Assembly (NCBI GenBank): GCA_964291295.2 | Contig: OZ219754.1 | Coordinates: 2,144,001 to 2,208,000, forward strand | Source of the DNA: an uncultured Candidatus Binatia bacterium | Lineage (GTDB): Bacteria > Desulfobacterota > Binatia > UBA9968 > JAJDTQ01 | Length of the DNA stretch: 64,000 nucleotides | Direction of reading: 5' to 3' | Shown here: piece after piece, positions 9,215-18,717 of the stretch | Position numbering within the stretch: the first letter of the stretch is position 1 | Layout of the letters: the number at the start of each line of letters is the position of its first letter | Made by a program: the position numbers and the translations under genes | The notes under the pieces: model-generated | Told to the model about the DNA's origin: nothing | Seen by the model: only the letters and a program-made list of their open reading frames with translations | Databases searched by the model: none

Positions 9215-10774
9215 ATGATCGAAAGACGTCTCAGAGAACTGTGGGAGCAGTTGCAGGGAAAAAAACCCCACCTTCCGCATTTTCTCGTCGAAGTCTGTCT
9301 GAAAGGAATACGGGGCATCGACAACCTGAGGACCATGTTCGACTATCCGGTGAGCGTGATCGCGGGTGGCAATGCCAGCGGAAAATCGACCGTGCTGTTC
9401 GCGGCGGCCTGCGCCTACCGGGTCCCCGGTGCCGGCGTCAAGGATTTCGTGCCGTCCACGCTGTTTCCCGATTATCGCCCCAGGGCCGGGCAGCGCGAAG
9501 ACCACAAGGACGAAGTTGTCATCGACTTCGACTATGCGACCCCTGACGGTCGGCGCTCCATGCGCTGGCGGCGCTCCAAGGGCTGGAACCGGAGCTTCCT
9601 CGGCCGAAAAAATGCCAGCCAGCCGGAACGGCCCGTCTATCTGAGAACCCTCAGCAATCTGAGCAACCCGTCCGAAGTGCGCGGCGTCCTGAGCATGTCG
9701 CGTTCCGATCGTGCGCCGCGGGAAACGGCGCTGCCCGCGTCGCAGATAGAGTTCGCGCATCTCATGCTCCCGTTTCGGTATTCGGAGGTCGTGGATCTGT
9801 CCAGCGGGAGCAAGAAGCTGCTTTTCGCTGCCCAGGAAGGCGGCGCCGCCTGTTCCGAACTGCACATGTCCGCTGGCGAACGGGCCATTCTCCGTCTTTC
9901 CCGGGAAATCGCTCAATTGAAAGAGGCATTGGTCCTGATCGACGAGGTGGAGGCGGGTCTGCATCCCTGGGTGCAGCAACTTCTCATGTTGCAATTGCAG
10001 CAACTTGCGCTGCGCAACGACCTTCAAGTGATCGTCACCTCCCACAGCCCGGTGGTGCTTGACGCAGTGCCGGCGAACGGGCGTATCTTTCTCGAACGCG
10101 GCGATACGGGTCGGGTCACGGTTCGCCCTGCCTATCGCGATATTGTTCAGAATGCGCTTTATGGGCGATCGGGAGATGCACTCCATCTGCTCTGTGAAGA
10201 CGAGGCGGCCGAGGGCATTCTGCAAGGCGTGTTTGATGTGCTGCTTCTCCGGCTGGGAACAAGGATGGAATCGGTTCGCATCGGCCGCGATACCGGAGCC
10301 GACGAGTTCGTGTCCCATGCGGCGGCATTCCGGAAATTCGGCCAGATCGACAATTTTGTTTTCGTGCTGGACGGCGACAAGCGCGGAAGCGCTGCCGAAA
10401 TGAAGCTGCGCGGTCAGGCGGCAAGCAGTCCCCTGTTGTTTCTCCCCGGCAAGGTGCCGGAAGCCTGGGTGTGGGGCATGTTGAAGGGCTTGTCCGCCAA
10501 AGATGCCGCCCGGGCGGGGCTCGAAGCAACCGATCTTGCGACGCGGATGAGTCAACTGGACTCGATTTACGATTCTGCGTCCGATTCGCCCGCGCGGATC
10601 GCCAAGACAAAGCTGCGCAGCTTCGCCGAGGCTGTGCGCCGGAGTGTGCCGGATATCGCCCGCGCGATCGGGCGGCTGAAGACGGAGCAACCGGAGAGCG
10701 ACCTTCAGCCGTTGGCGGAGGGGCTGGAGACGATATTGCTCCAATGGCGCACCGCCGATCGGCCGCCGTACTGA
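9215..10774 (+). CDS. ABC-type (AAA_15/AAA_21-like) ATPase with a C-terminal TOPRIM-like domain; OLD-family-like nuclease
   Basis: Walker A GGNASGKST, signature MSAGE, Walker B VLIDEVEAGLHP, H-loop VTSHSP; then LLCEDE and FVLDGD (TOPRIM-like E and DxD). Confidence 0.75.
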   Translation: MIERRLRELWEQLQGKKPHLPHFLVEVCLKGIRGIDNLRTMFDYPVSVIAGGNASGKSTVLFAAACAYRVPGAGVKDFVPSTLFPDYRPRAGQREDHKDEVVIDFDYATPDGRRSMRWRRSKGWNRSFLGRKNASQPERPVYLRTLSNLSNPSEVRGVLSMSRSDRAPRETALPASQIEFAHLMLPFRYSEVVDLSSGSKKLLFAAQEGGAACSELHMSAGERAILRLSREIAQLKEALVLIDEVEAGLHPWVQQLLMLQLQQLALRNDLQVIVTSHSPVVLDAVPANGRIFLERGDTGRVTVRPAYRDIVQNALYGRSGDALHLLCEDEAAEGILQGVFDVLLLRLGTRMESVRIGRDTGADEFVSHAAAFRKFGQIDNFVFVLDGDKRGSAAEMKLRGQAASSPLLFLPGKVPEAWVWGMLKGLSAKDAARAGLEATDLATRMSQLDSIYDSASDSPARIAKTKLRSFAEAVRRSVPDIARAIGRLKTEQPESDLQPLAEGLETILLQWRTADRPPY

Positions 10775-10811
10775 AGGAGCCGGCGCCTGTTCCAACGGCA
10801 AGGGCCGCGAT

Positions 10812-11840
10812 TCAGGCCGCGGCGTTGCCCTCGGCCGCGGGCCGGACCTCCGCCATGAGCCGGGCGATGATGTCCAGCGATGACAGCCCCTCGGCCTGGG
10901 CCTTGAAGTTGGGAATGATGCGGTGGCGCATCACCGAGGGCGCCATGGCCTGGACATCTTCCACCGACACGGCGAAACGCCCGTCGAGGAGGGTCCTGGC
11001 CTTGGCGCCCAGCACCAGGAACTGCGACGCCCGCGGCCCCGCACCCCATTCGACGCACTCCTTCACCACCGAGGGCGCCAGGGGGCTGCCGGGGCGGGTG
11101 GCCTGGGCCAGGGTGACGGCGAAATTCACCACGAAGGGCGACACCGGGACCCGCCGCACCAGTTCCTGGCAGGCGGCGATGGCCGGTCCGTCCATGACCT
11201 TGGCCGGCCATGGCCGCTCGGACGAGGTGGTCTGAAGCACGATCCGGACCTCCTCCTCCAGGGTCGGATAGGACACCTCGATGTTCAGCATGAAACGGTC
11301 GAGCTGCGCTTCCGGCAACGGATAGGTGCCCTCCTGTTCGATGGGGTTCTGGGTGGCCAGGACAAAGAACGGCAGATCCAGGGGGTAGGTGCTGCCGCTG
11401 GCGGTGACCCGGTACTCCTGCATGGACTGGAGCAGCGCCGCCTGGGTCTTGGGCGGCGTCCGGTTGATCTCGTCCGCCAGGAGGACGTTGGTGAAGATCG
11501 GCCCTCTCAGGAACTGGAACCGGCGCTGGCCGGTGGCGGCGTCCTCCTGGAGAATGTCGGTGCCGGTGATGTCGGAGGGCATCAGGTCCGGGGTGAACTG
11601 GATGCGGTTGAAACTCAGGTCCAGCACCTCGGCCAACGTGCTGATGAGCAGGGTCTTGGCCAGACCCGGTACGCCTACCAGGAGGCAGTGACCCTTGGAG
11701 AAGAGGGCGATGAGGACCTCGTCGATGACCTTGTCCTGGCCGACGATGACCTTGCGTATCTCCGCAATCATGGCACGGCGTTTCTGTCCGAACTCCTCGA
11801 TGGCCTGGAGTTCCTGGTCCAGGAGCTGGGTTTCGTCCAT
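10812..11840 (-). CDS. moxR: MoxR family AAA+ ATPase
   Basis: GVPGLAKT, RIQFTPDLMPSDITG, LADEINRTPPKTQAALL, ATQNPIEQEGTYPLPEAQLDRF. Confidence 0.96.
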   Translation of the reverse strand: MDETQLLDQELQAIEEFGQKRRAMIAEIRKVIVGQDKVIDEVLIALFSKGHCLLVGVPGLAKTLLISTLAEVLDLSFNRIQFTPDLMPSDITGTDILQEDAATGQRRFQFLRGPIFTNVLLADEINRTPPKTQAALLQSMQEYRVTASGSTYPLDLPFFVLATQNPIEQEGTYPLPEAQLDRFMLNIEVSYPTLEEEVRIVLQTTSSERPWPAKVMDGPAIAACQELVRRVPVSPFVVNFAVTLAQATRPGSPLAPSVVKECVEWGAGPRASQFLVLGAKARTLLDGRFAVSVEDVQAMAPSVMRHRIIPNFKAQAEGLSSLDIIARLMAEVRPAAEGNAAA

Positions 11841-11845
11841 GGCGT

Positions 11846-13474
11846 CTAGGTTCCTTCCGCGCGGCTCGGATCCTGGCCCTGGCGGCGCAGCGCCCGCAGG
11901 GTCGCCCGGGTCTTGCGCGCCGCCTCGTGGTCGCCGGAGGCCTCGTGGACCCCGCCCAGGATGTGGTACACGCCCGGGTGGAACGGATTGATCTGGAGCG
12001 CTTCCAGCAGCGGCGTGCGAGCCTGCGTGTAGTTGCCGGCCTCGTAGTGAAGCCGGCCCATCAGATAGTGGGTGTGCACCTGGTCGGGATCGAGATACCG
12101 GGCTCTCTCCAGGTGCGGCCGCGCTTCGTCGTAGCGCCGCGAGTGAATCAGGGCCTCGCCCAGGCGGTTCAGGATGACCGTGGAGTCCGGCCCCGCCCGG
12201 AGCGCCCGGCGATACTCGGCGCTGGCGGCCCGCAGGCGGCCGCGCTGGCGCAGGCGGTCGCCCAGCCGGGTGCGGTTCCTGGCGACCTCGGACTGGATCT
12301 CGCTCAACTCCACGGCCGGCTGCGTCTCGCCGTCCCGCGCCACCTTGTAGCGGCGCATGCGGCTGCCCCGGATCACCGACAGCCCCTGTCCCTGGACGAA
12401 ACGGCGCCAGTCGGCCTCGAAGCCGTCCAGCGGCACGCCCATGACCGCCTCGATGGCTTCGGCGGTGGACAGCCGGTTCACAAGCGCGAGGATGTCGCGG
12501 ACGCCCGCCAGCCCCTTGACCCGCCGGACGTAGTCAATGGCCGAGGCCACCTCGGCATAGGCGAGCTGGACCTGTTCCGGCGTGTCCAGCCGGATCAGCG
12601 ACGGCTCCATCTCCTTGAAGCTCACGAACTCCTGCCGCTCGATGGCGGTGGCCAGCAGGCTTTCGTTGGCCGGGGTCAGGTAGTCCGGCTTCGCCCCCTG
12701 CACGGGATTGCGCCACACCGTCTCGTAGTAGCGGGCGATGCCCTCGTGCAGCCAGATGGGCGCCTTGTTGCGGGTCATCCGGACGATGACGAGATGGATG
12801 TACTCGTGGACGAGGGCATCAAGCCAGCGGAATCCGTGGGCCATCACCCGGGGCGATAGGATCATGACCTTGTTGAACTTGCACAGTCCGATGGCTCCGG
12901 TCTCCTCGATGTCCCGGAGCGTGAAGGTCGTGATGGCGGTGAAGGACTGGACGTCCGGGGCGATCTCCACCCGCACCTTGCCGCGCGGCCGGTAGCCCAG
13001 CGCCCGTCCCACCTCCTCGCGCGCCCGTTCCAGCGCCGCCAGCGCCGGCTCTGCCAGGATGGCGTCGTCTTCCTCGTGGAGGTGTAGCAGGAAGTGGTCG
13101 CTTTCGTAGCGCCTGAAGTGCCGGGTGACGTCGCGGGTCTGTTGCAGCAGCAGCCGCAGGGCTTGCCGCCGCTCGTCCCCGGCATCAATGGCCAGGGCCT
13201 TCTCCACGGTGGCCAAGGCCCGGGGGTAGGCGCCCTCGTAGTAGGCCAGCAGCGCGGCCAGGTCCAGCGCCTCCACGGATTGCGGCCGCGCCTCCACAAG
13301 CCGCTGGATGATCGGCCGCGCTTCCTCCACCCGCCACGCGGCCATGAGTTCCCGCGCGGTCTTGACCTCGGAACCGTTCGGGACGGATTCCGCGCCCTGG
13401 CCGTGGTGGATGGCGCCAAGGGCGAGGAGCGCCGCCAGCCACAGGATGCGGCAAGTCTGTTTGCAGGAGGCTAT
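11846..13474 (-). CDS. TPR-containing peptidase MA family (HExxH) protein
   Basis: LVHEYIHLV...PIWLHEGIA with TPR-like repeats at both ends. First ATG is at 13345, but an in-frame signal-peptide-like segment extends to about 13474. Confidence 0.8.
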   Translation of the reverse strand: MASCKQTCRILWLAALLALGAIHHGQGAESVPNGSEVKTARELMAAWRVEEARPIIQRLVEARPQSVEALDLAALLAYYEGAYPRALATVEKALAIDAGDERRQALRLLLQQTRDVTRHFRRYESDHFLLHLHEEDDAILAEPALAALERAREEVGRALGYRPRGKVRVEIAPDVQSFTAITTFTLRDIEETGAIGLCKFNKVMILSPRVMAHGFRWLDALVHEYIHLVIVRMTRNKAPIWLHEGIARYYETVWRNPVQGAKPDYLTPANESLLATAIERQEFVSFKEMEPSLIRLDTPEQVQLAYAEVASAIDYVRRVKGLAGVRDILALVNRLSTAEAIEAVMGVPLDGFEADWRRFVQGQGLSVIRGSRMRRYKVARDGETQPAVELSEIQSEVARNRTRLGDRLRQRGRLRAASAEYRRALRAGPDSTVILNRLGEALIHSRRYDEARPHLERARYLDPDQVHTHYLMGRLHYEAGNYTQARTPLLEALQINPFHPGVYHILGGVHEASGDHEAARKTRATLRALRRQGQDPSRAEGT

Positions 13475-16400
13475 TGCGACAACTCCCTGAAGTAGCGCTC
13501 GACCTGTTCCTTGTACGGGTCCGGCACGGCCTCTTTCAACGACTCGAGAACCTCCTGGCGAAACCTCTCGGGCTTGTAGTCGTCTTTGCCGGGAAGCTTG
13601 AACTTTTCCGTGTCCAGACCGCTGAGGCTCTCGTCGAGATCGTGGTAGGGAAACTCCGGTGTGCCGGTCGGGGGCAGGAACTGGCCGGAGGGCAGGAAAC
13701 GGCCCCGCCGGAACACGCGCACCAGGGGTACCCGCCCGAAGCGCCCCCGTTGCGCCAGCCGCTGCATGGCCTGTTGCATCTGCGCGCCGGACTCGGAGAG
13801 GAGGCGAATGGCCTCCTGTTCGGGCGGGATGGCCCGTCCCGGCCGCAGTGAGCCCAGTTCGCGGGCGGCCTCGCCCATGAAGTCGCCCGCCTCGGCGATC
13901 TTGTGGACGATCTTCGGATCCAGCGACGGGAAGAGTTGGAACAGATACCGAAGTCTGGCCACCAGATCCCGGGTTCTGGTGGTCAGCACGTCTTCACGGG
14001 TGGCCAGTGCCCGCACCGTACTCTTTCCGGGCAAGGTCCACCCGGGGCCGGGGATGTCGGCAAGGGCCTGATACTCCCGGGCCAGCGCCGCCAGCGTCGC
14101 CAGCGCCCCCTTGAGGGGGGACTGGAGGGGAGCCATTGCCGCAAGCTCCTCGGACACCGCCCCGAACCGCTTGACGAATGCGTCGAAGTCGCGGTTCCCG
14201 ATCATGTCCCGCAGCTCCGACAGGAGCCCGCGGACGGCGGCGTACCGGTGGCGTTCGGCCGGGGGCCGGCGGCGGTCGTGCCCCAGGCCGGGCGGGGTCA
14301 GCAGCGGATCCAGCACGGCCAGGTCGTCCTGCAGGCCGCCTGCGAAACGCTCGAGGGCCTCCGCGCGCAAAGCGTCGACGGCCGCATTGGCCTCCTTGTG
14401 GGCACTCTCGGTTCCCAGCAGGATCTCCTGCTGTTCCTGGAGGATCTGCTGCAGTTCGTCGCTGGAACGGTTCATGGCCCCTTGCATGCGGGTCATCATG
14501 GACTCCTGGGCCTGCTGCTGTCCGCCCCGGAGCGAAGCCGCCAGTTGCGCCATCTGGTTGAACAACTCCCGCGCCAACTGCATGGCTTCCTCGATCTTGC
14601 CTTCCATGAGCTTCTGGCGGATCTGGTCCATCATGGACTGCATGTCGGCGAAGGGCATGTCGCGCAGGTTCGCCGGATTGATGAACGGGTCCGGGACCTG
14701 TTGGGCGAACCGCATCAGCGAGGCCTGCAACTCCTGGAGCTGACGGGCCAGCTTCGACAGTTCCTCCAGCACCTCGTCGAGCTCCTTGTGGCCGCTCCGC
14801 AGCTTCTCGAGGGAGTCCACGAAGCGCTCCTGGTCCTTGACCGCGTCCCGGGCGGTGGCGGCCATGTTCTGGCCCGCGAGTCGTCGGCTCAGGTCTTCGC
14901 TCAGCAGGGACAGCCTTTCCAGTTCCGTGGACAGGGCGTCGTGGGCCTGTGCCTGCTCCGCCGCCGACACCGCCCGGCGCATCCTGTCCGCGGGACCGCT
15001 CCGTGCATGCTGGAGGTTTCGTTTCAGGACTTCCAGGTCGGACCAGGTGGCGAAATCACTCAGGCGGTCCTCGCGGGTACGCCGCATGGCTTCGTCCACG
15101 CGTTGCAACATCCTGTCGAGTCCCGCCACCAGCGGTGCGGCCGGGTCGTCCGAGGTCCATGCGCCGGGAGGGTTTTCCAGATGGTCCCCCAGAAGGTCCA
15201 CCATCTTGTCGGAGATGTCGCGGATGATCTCGGCCACCTCACGGTGCTCGGCCTCGAGGTTCTTGAGGCGAAGGCTCAGGGGACGCGACCGGACCCGCTT
15301 GGGGCCCGAGATGGTGTCGTTGTCCAGCACCTCGAGATGGTAGGTCACGACATCGCCTTCCTTGAGGCCAACGGTCTCCAGATCCCAGATGAAGGTCTCC
15401 TGGAGGGTGCGGGCAACCTCGCCGCGCCACACCGGGATGCGCTCCTCCCGGTCGCCGACGGCCGCCACCAGCGTGACCTGCCGGATGCCGTGATCATCGC
15501 TGGCGCGGTATTCCAGAGCCAGCCGCTCGTCTCCGTTCACTTCCAGGTCTTCCGACGGTTTGAGCAACTCCACCCGCGGGAAGCTGTCGGGCACGGCGAC
15601 CATTTCGTAGGGGACCGGCAGGTTCTCGAAGCCGAAGGGATCCTTGAGGCGGATGCGGTACGGCTGCGAGCGGAACAGGACGACACTTCCCTGGGCGTTG
15701 TCCCCGGTGAGCTTCAGTGGAACCTCCCGGCCGTCGGCCAGGGCCACCACCGCCTGCGCCATGCCCTTGTTGGTGGTGGCGGAGAAGTTCAGGGTCGAGC
15801 CCTTGACGCCGCGCACGTTGCCGCCGCCGAAGGTCTGGTGGGGGAGACCCGTGTAATGGGGCGGATAGAGCGTCACCGTCAGGCCGGTCACGGCCGGCCG
15901 GTCCACCGCCGTGATGGTGTACCACGGCGACGCGAACGGTCCGGTGACGACCTGGTACAGGAGATCCCCGGTGACCTCGGGGAGCACGGCCGCGTACCGG
16001 CCGGTCTCGCCCGGGTCCATGACCACGGTCTGCTCCGCACCGCCGGCGGCCGCCGGTTTGAACACGAGTTCCACCACGTCCGGCCGGGCTCCCGACGTGC
16101 CGGCCTCGACGGAAACCGCGGCGCCCCGGATCACCCGCACGTCCCGGGTGACCACGTGAATGAAGATGTCCGCCGGCGGCAGATGCTCCAGCGGATGCGC
16201 CACCAGCGCCAGGGTGCGGCCGGGAAAGTCGGGGAGCCAGACCGCCAGGGCCAGCACCGGCGCCGCGGCAAGCGCCAGCACCCGGGCCTTGTTCCGCAAG
16301 GGCCGGGTATCCACCAGCGTGTCGGGACGCACGCCCCGTATCTGCTCGCGGGTCTGGCGGAGCAGGGCCAGGATCATGGGGGCGGAATCCCCGGCCGGCC

Positions 16401-16830
16401 GGGCCGGATCCGCCACCTGCGGGTAGAGTTGCAGCGAGTTGATGAGGTTGTTGCGGAACTCCGGTCGTTGCCTTTCGATGGCCCGAGCCGCCCAGGACAG
16501 GCTCCGGGAGCGCAGGAAACGCAGCAGGGTGACCCCGGTGACCACCAGCAGGGTGGCGATGGACAACAGGCTGAACGCCAAGGGGGCGTAGGGCAGGAAC
16601 GTCTTGACCGCGTCGACGCCCAACCCCAGCGCCGCCAGCGCCGCCAGCGCGGTTCCGGCCAGGCACAGCGACTCCAGACCCTGGACTCTTCGGAGCCGTT
16701 CCACGAAGCGGCGCAGGAAGTCGTCTATCGGACGGTAGTCGTCTATCGAACGGTGGTCGTCTTCGTGCAATGGAGCGTCCTCACGGCGTTCGGGGAGTGC
16801 TGGACCGACGCTTTCGTTCTCTGACCTCAT
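13471..16830 (-). CDS. DUF4175-like membrane-anchored coiled-coil protein
   Basis: Three N-terminal TMs, Ig-like middle region (ASDDHGI, LEVLDNDTISGPK), long Q/M-rich coiled coil, C-terminal YKEQVERYFRELSQ. Start uncertain. Confidence 0.82.
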   Translation of the reverse strand: MRSENESVGPALPERREDAPLHEDDHRSIDDYRPIDDFLRRFVERLRRVQGLESLCLAGTALAALAALGLGVDAVKTFLPYAPLAFSLLSIATLLVVTGVTLLRFLRSRSLSWAARAIERQRPEFRNNLINSLQLYPQVADPARPAGDSAPMILALLRQTREQIRGVRPDTLVDTRPLRNKARVLALAAAPVLALAVWLPDFPGRTLALVAHPLEHLPPADIFIHVVTRDVRVIRGAAVSVEAGTSGARPDVVELVFKPAAAGGAEQTVVMDPGETGRYAAVLPEVTGDLLYQVVTGPFASPWYTITAVDRPAVTGLTVTLYPPHYTGLPHQTFGGGNVRGVKGSTLNFSATTNKGMAQAVVALADGREVPLKLTGDNAQGSVVLFRSQPYRIRLKDPFGFENLPVPYEMVAVPDSFPRVELLKPSEDLEVNGDERLALEYRASDDHGIRQVTLVAAVGDREERIPVWRGEVARTLQETFIWDLETVGLKEGDVVTYHLEVLDNDTISGPKRVRSRPLSLRLKNLEAEHREVAEIIRDISDKMVDLLGDHLENPPGAWTSDDPAAPLVAGLDRMLQRVDEAMRRTREDRLSDFATWSDLEVLKRNLQHARSGPADRMRRAVSAAEQAQAHDALSTELERLSLLSEDLSRRLAGQNMAATARDAVKDQERFVDSLEKLRSGHKELDEVLEELSKLARQLQELQASLMRFAQQVPDPFINPANLRDMPFADMQSMMDQIRQKLMEGKIEEAMQLARELFNQMAQLAASLRGGQQQAQESMMTRMQGAMNRSSDELQQILQEQQEILLGTESAHKEANAAVDALRAEALERFAGGLQDDLAVLDPLLTPPGLGHDRRRPPAERHRYAAVRGLLSELRDMIGNRDFDAFVKRFGAVSEELAAMAPLQSPLKGALATLAALAREYQALADIPGPGWTLPGKSTVRALATREDVLTTRTRDLVARLRYLFQLFPSLDPKIVHKIAEAGDFMGEAARELGSLRPGRAIPPEQEAIRLLSESGAQMQQAMQRLAQRGRFGRVPLVRVFRRGRFLPSGQFLPPTGTPEFPYHDLDESLSGLDTEKFKLPGKDDYKPERFRQEVLESLKEAVPDPYKEQVERYFRELSQ

Positions 16831-16862
16831 TCTAGGCCTTTTTTCTCCCGGATCACAAGAGT

Positions 16863-17761
16863 GAGTCTTGTCCAACGCAAAGTGAGCCTGAAGCAGGGGT
16901 GTCGGGGATCATCAGGAGATGATCGTGACACTTCGAACGGAACGCTTGGGGCCTATCGAGCAGGTTGCGGCCTTCGTCGAGGCGAGCGAGCCTGTAGACT
17001 TTTACCCGACCGAACGAGTCGACACCTGCGAGTTCGTGAAGCGGACCTTGGTGCGGCTCGGCTACAGTGGGTGGGACAAGCCGTCCAAGGCGCGGGTGAA
17101 GCGCTTTCTGGAAAAGACCACCGGCTACTCTCGGGCACGCGGCTGATTCGCCAGTACCGCAAGCAGTATCGCAAGACCGGCCGGGTCGTGGACCGACGCC
17201 AAGGCAACGTCCCTGCGCCCGGGTCTACTCGCCGGCGGACATTCGGCTACTGGCGCGGGTGGACGAGGACTTGGGCCCGATGTCAGGCCTGGCGACACGG
17301 GTCGTGCGGCAGCGCGAGTTCCATCTCTTCGGGGATCCGCGCTTCGAGCGTCGGGCGGGGATCTCGGCGAGCCATCTCTACGTGGCTCCCGCATCTACCG
17401 GAGGCAACGCACGGTTGTCGTCGGCACCCATGCGGGCGCCGGGTCTGTGGGCGAAGGGAGCGCCCCGCAGCCCAACGGTCGGCCCGGTTTCCTGCGCGTG
17501 GACACCGTCCACCAGGGCGACCGCGACGGTGCCAAGCGTGTCTATCTCATCAACCTCGTGGACGCACTCACCCGTACGAGTTCTTCGGCGTCGTAGCCGC
17601 CATTTTCTCCCCTCCGCACCCCCTCCGATACCCTGTCTCTTCCAGAGACCTCTCCCGAAAACAGCTCATGGATTACCCTCACGAGGCAACTCCTCCACTC
17701 TGCCTCCCTCAACCCTCCCGCGGCCCCATCCACAGGCTCATCTTCTTGTTGGAATATGCTG
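16863..17761 (+). mobile_element. Decayed IS with a frameshifted integrase-core (rve-type) transposase, copy 1
   Basis: Fragments MIVTLRTERL...RFLEKTTGYSRA and GFLRVDTVHQGDRDGAKRVYLINLVD lie in different frames. Imperfect terminal inverted repeats TCCAAC..TGAGCCTG / CAGGCTCA..GTTGGA. Confidence 0.82.
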
Positions 17762-17764
17762 AGC

Positions 17765-18637
17765 CATCTGCCAAGGACCAGGTCGTCCCCCCCCCTGGCC
17801 ACGAAGACCAAGGGCAACTCGCGCGAAACCGTCAATCCGACGAGGAACTCGCGCCAGGAATGGGTGTCCAGGTCCAGCGTCTCACTGCTCCATGCGGTGT
17901 CGGCCCGCAACAGCGTCGCTTGGTCCAGCGCATGGGTGAGGTCGAGCCCGACGGAATCGATGTTGCCCTCGCCGAGATTGCCCTCCTCGTAGTCGATCCG
18001 CTCGCGGCTGAGCGACGCGCCCAGCCGCCATGTCTGCCCCGCCCGAAAGCCCGATACCCAGCGCCCGGCTGCAGGCGGTGCCGCCGAGCCAGCGCTGCCG
18101 CGCGGTCACGTCGGGACGCAGGTCGAACTTGTCGAACAGGAAGCGCGGCCCGGCGTACAGGTTCGACGATCTGTTCGTTGAAATCGCTCTCCCGGCAGGT
18201 TCGCGTCCGGAGCCCGCCGCCGACCCGGAACCGCAGGTCGGGCGAAATCCGCCCTTCGTAACCGCCCGACAGGCTGACCGTCACCCCGACGCCGCTGGTC
18301 CGGCGCGCATCCTCCGACAGCGTGGCCCGCTGGCCGAACAGGAGGATCTCCCGGGCATCGGTCCTGGCGTTGCTGTTGGTGTCGGGCACAAGCGCCACCA
18401 AGCCGGTAACCGACCATCGCTTGCGCCGCCGGATGCGGTCGAGAAAGGCGAGTGCCGAGGCGCGCACCGTCTCGGGCAGGTCCTTCGCGCCCAGCGCCAG
18501 GCGGAAATGACAGGCCGCATTGCCGTCATCCTCCGCCTGAAAATAAGCGCGAGCCGCACCCGGGGCAGATCGGGATTGCGCGCCAGCATCGCCCGGAACC
18601 GTGCCATCGCCTCCCGCCACTCCCCGCGCGGCTGTCG
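17765..18637 (-). pseudogene. Slam/DUF560 (type XI secretion) outer-membrane translocon, truncated and frameshifted
   Basis: Pieces in different frames: AMARFRAMLARNPDLPRVRL (TPR), RAYFQAEDD...RRKRWSVTGLVALVPDTN, GPRFLF and later beta-strands. The 5' end is missing and the 3' end abuts the IS. Confidence 0.75.
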
Positions 18638-18679
18638 AAAAAGAAAAGGGCGCCCGATCCGGAGATGGATCGGGCGCCC
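18638..18679 (-). terminator. Intrinsic terminator downstream of the lipoprotein gene
   Basis: 13-bp perfect stem GGGCGCCCGATCC/GGATCGGGCGCCC, 6-nt loop, followed by TTTTCTTTTT on the minus strand. Confidence 0.85.
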
Positions 18680-18717
18680 CGCTCCGTGAACCACCGCCGG
18701 TGACGGCGACCTGTTTA

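Noticed and set aside
4415-10811. The inserted block as an integrative element or prophage
   Set aside because: No integrase, transposase, att-like direct repeats or tRNA target were found at its edges.
13903-16824. Very long opposite-strand ORFs (also 1381..3690, 31793..34732, 46087..48843, 59579..62836)
   Set aside because: These are shadow ORFs expected from high-GC codon bias opposite clearly recognisable genes, with no motifs of their own.
16861-18261. 466-aa plus-strand ORF as an intact transposase
   Set aside because: Transposase-like motifs are spread over different frames. This ORF is mostly out-of-frame read-through across the IS remnant and the antisense Slam fragment.
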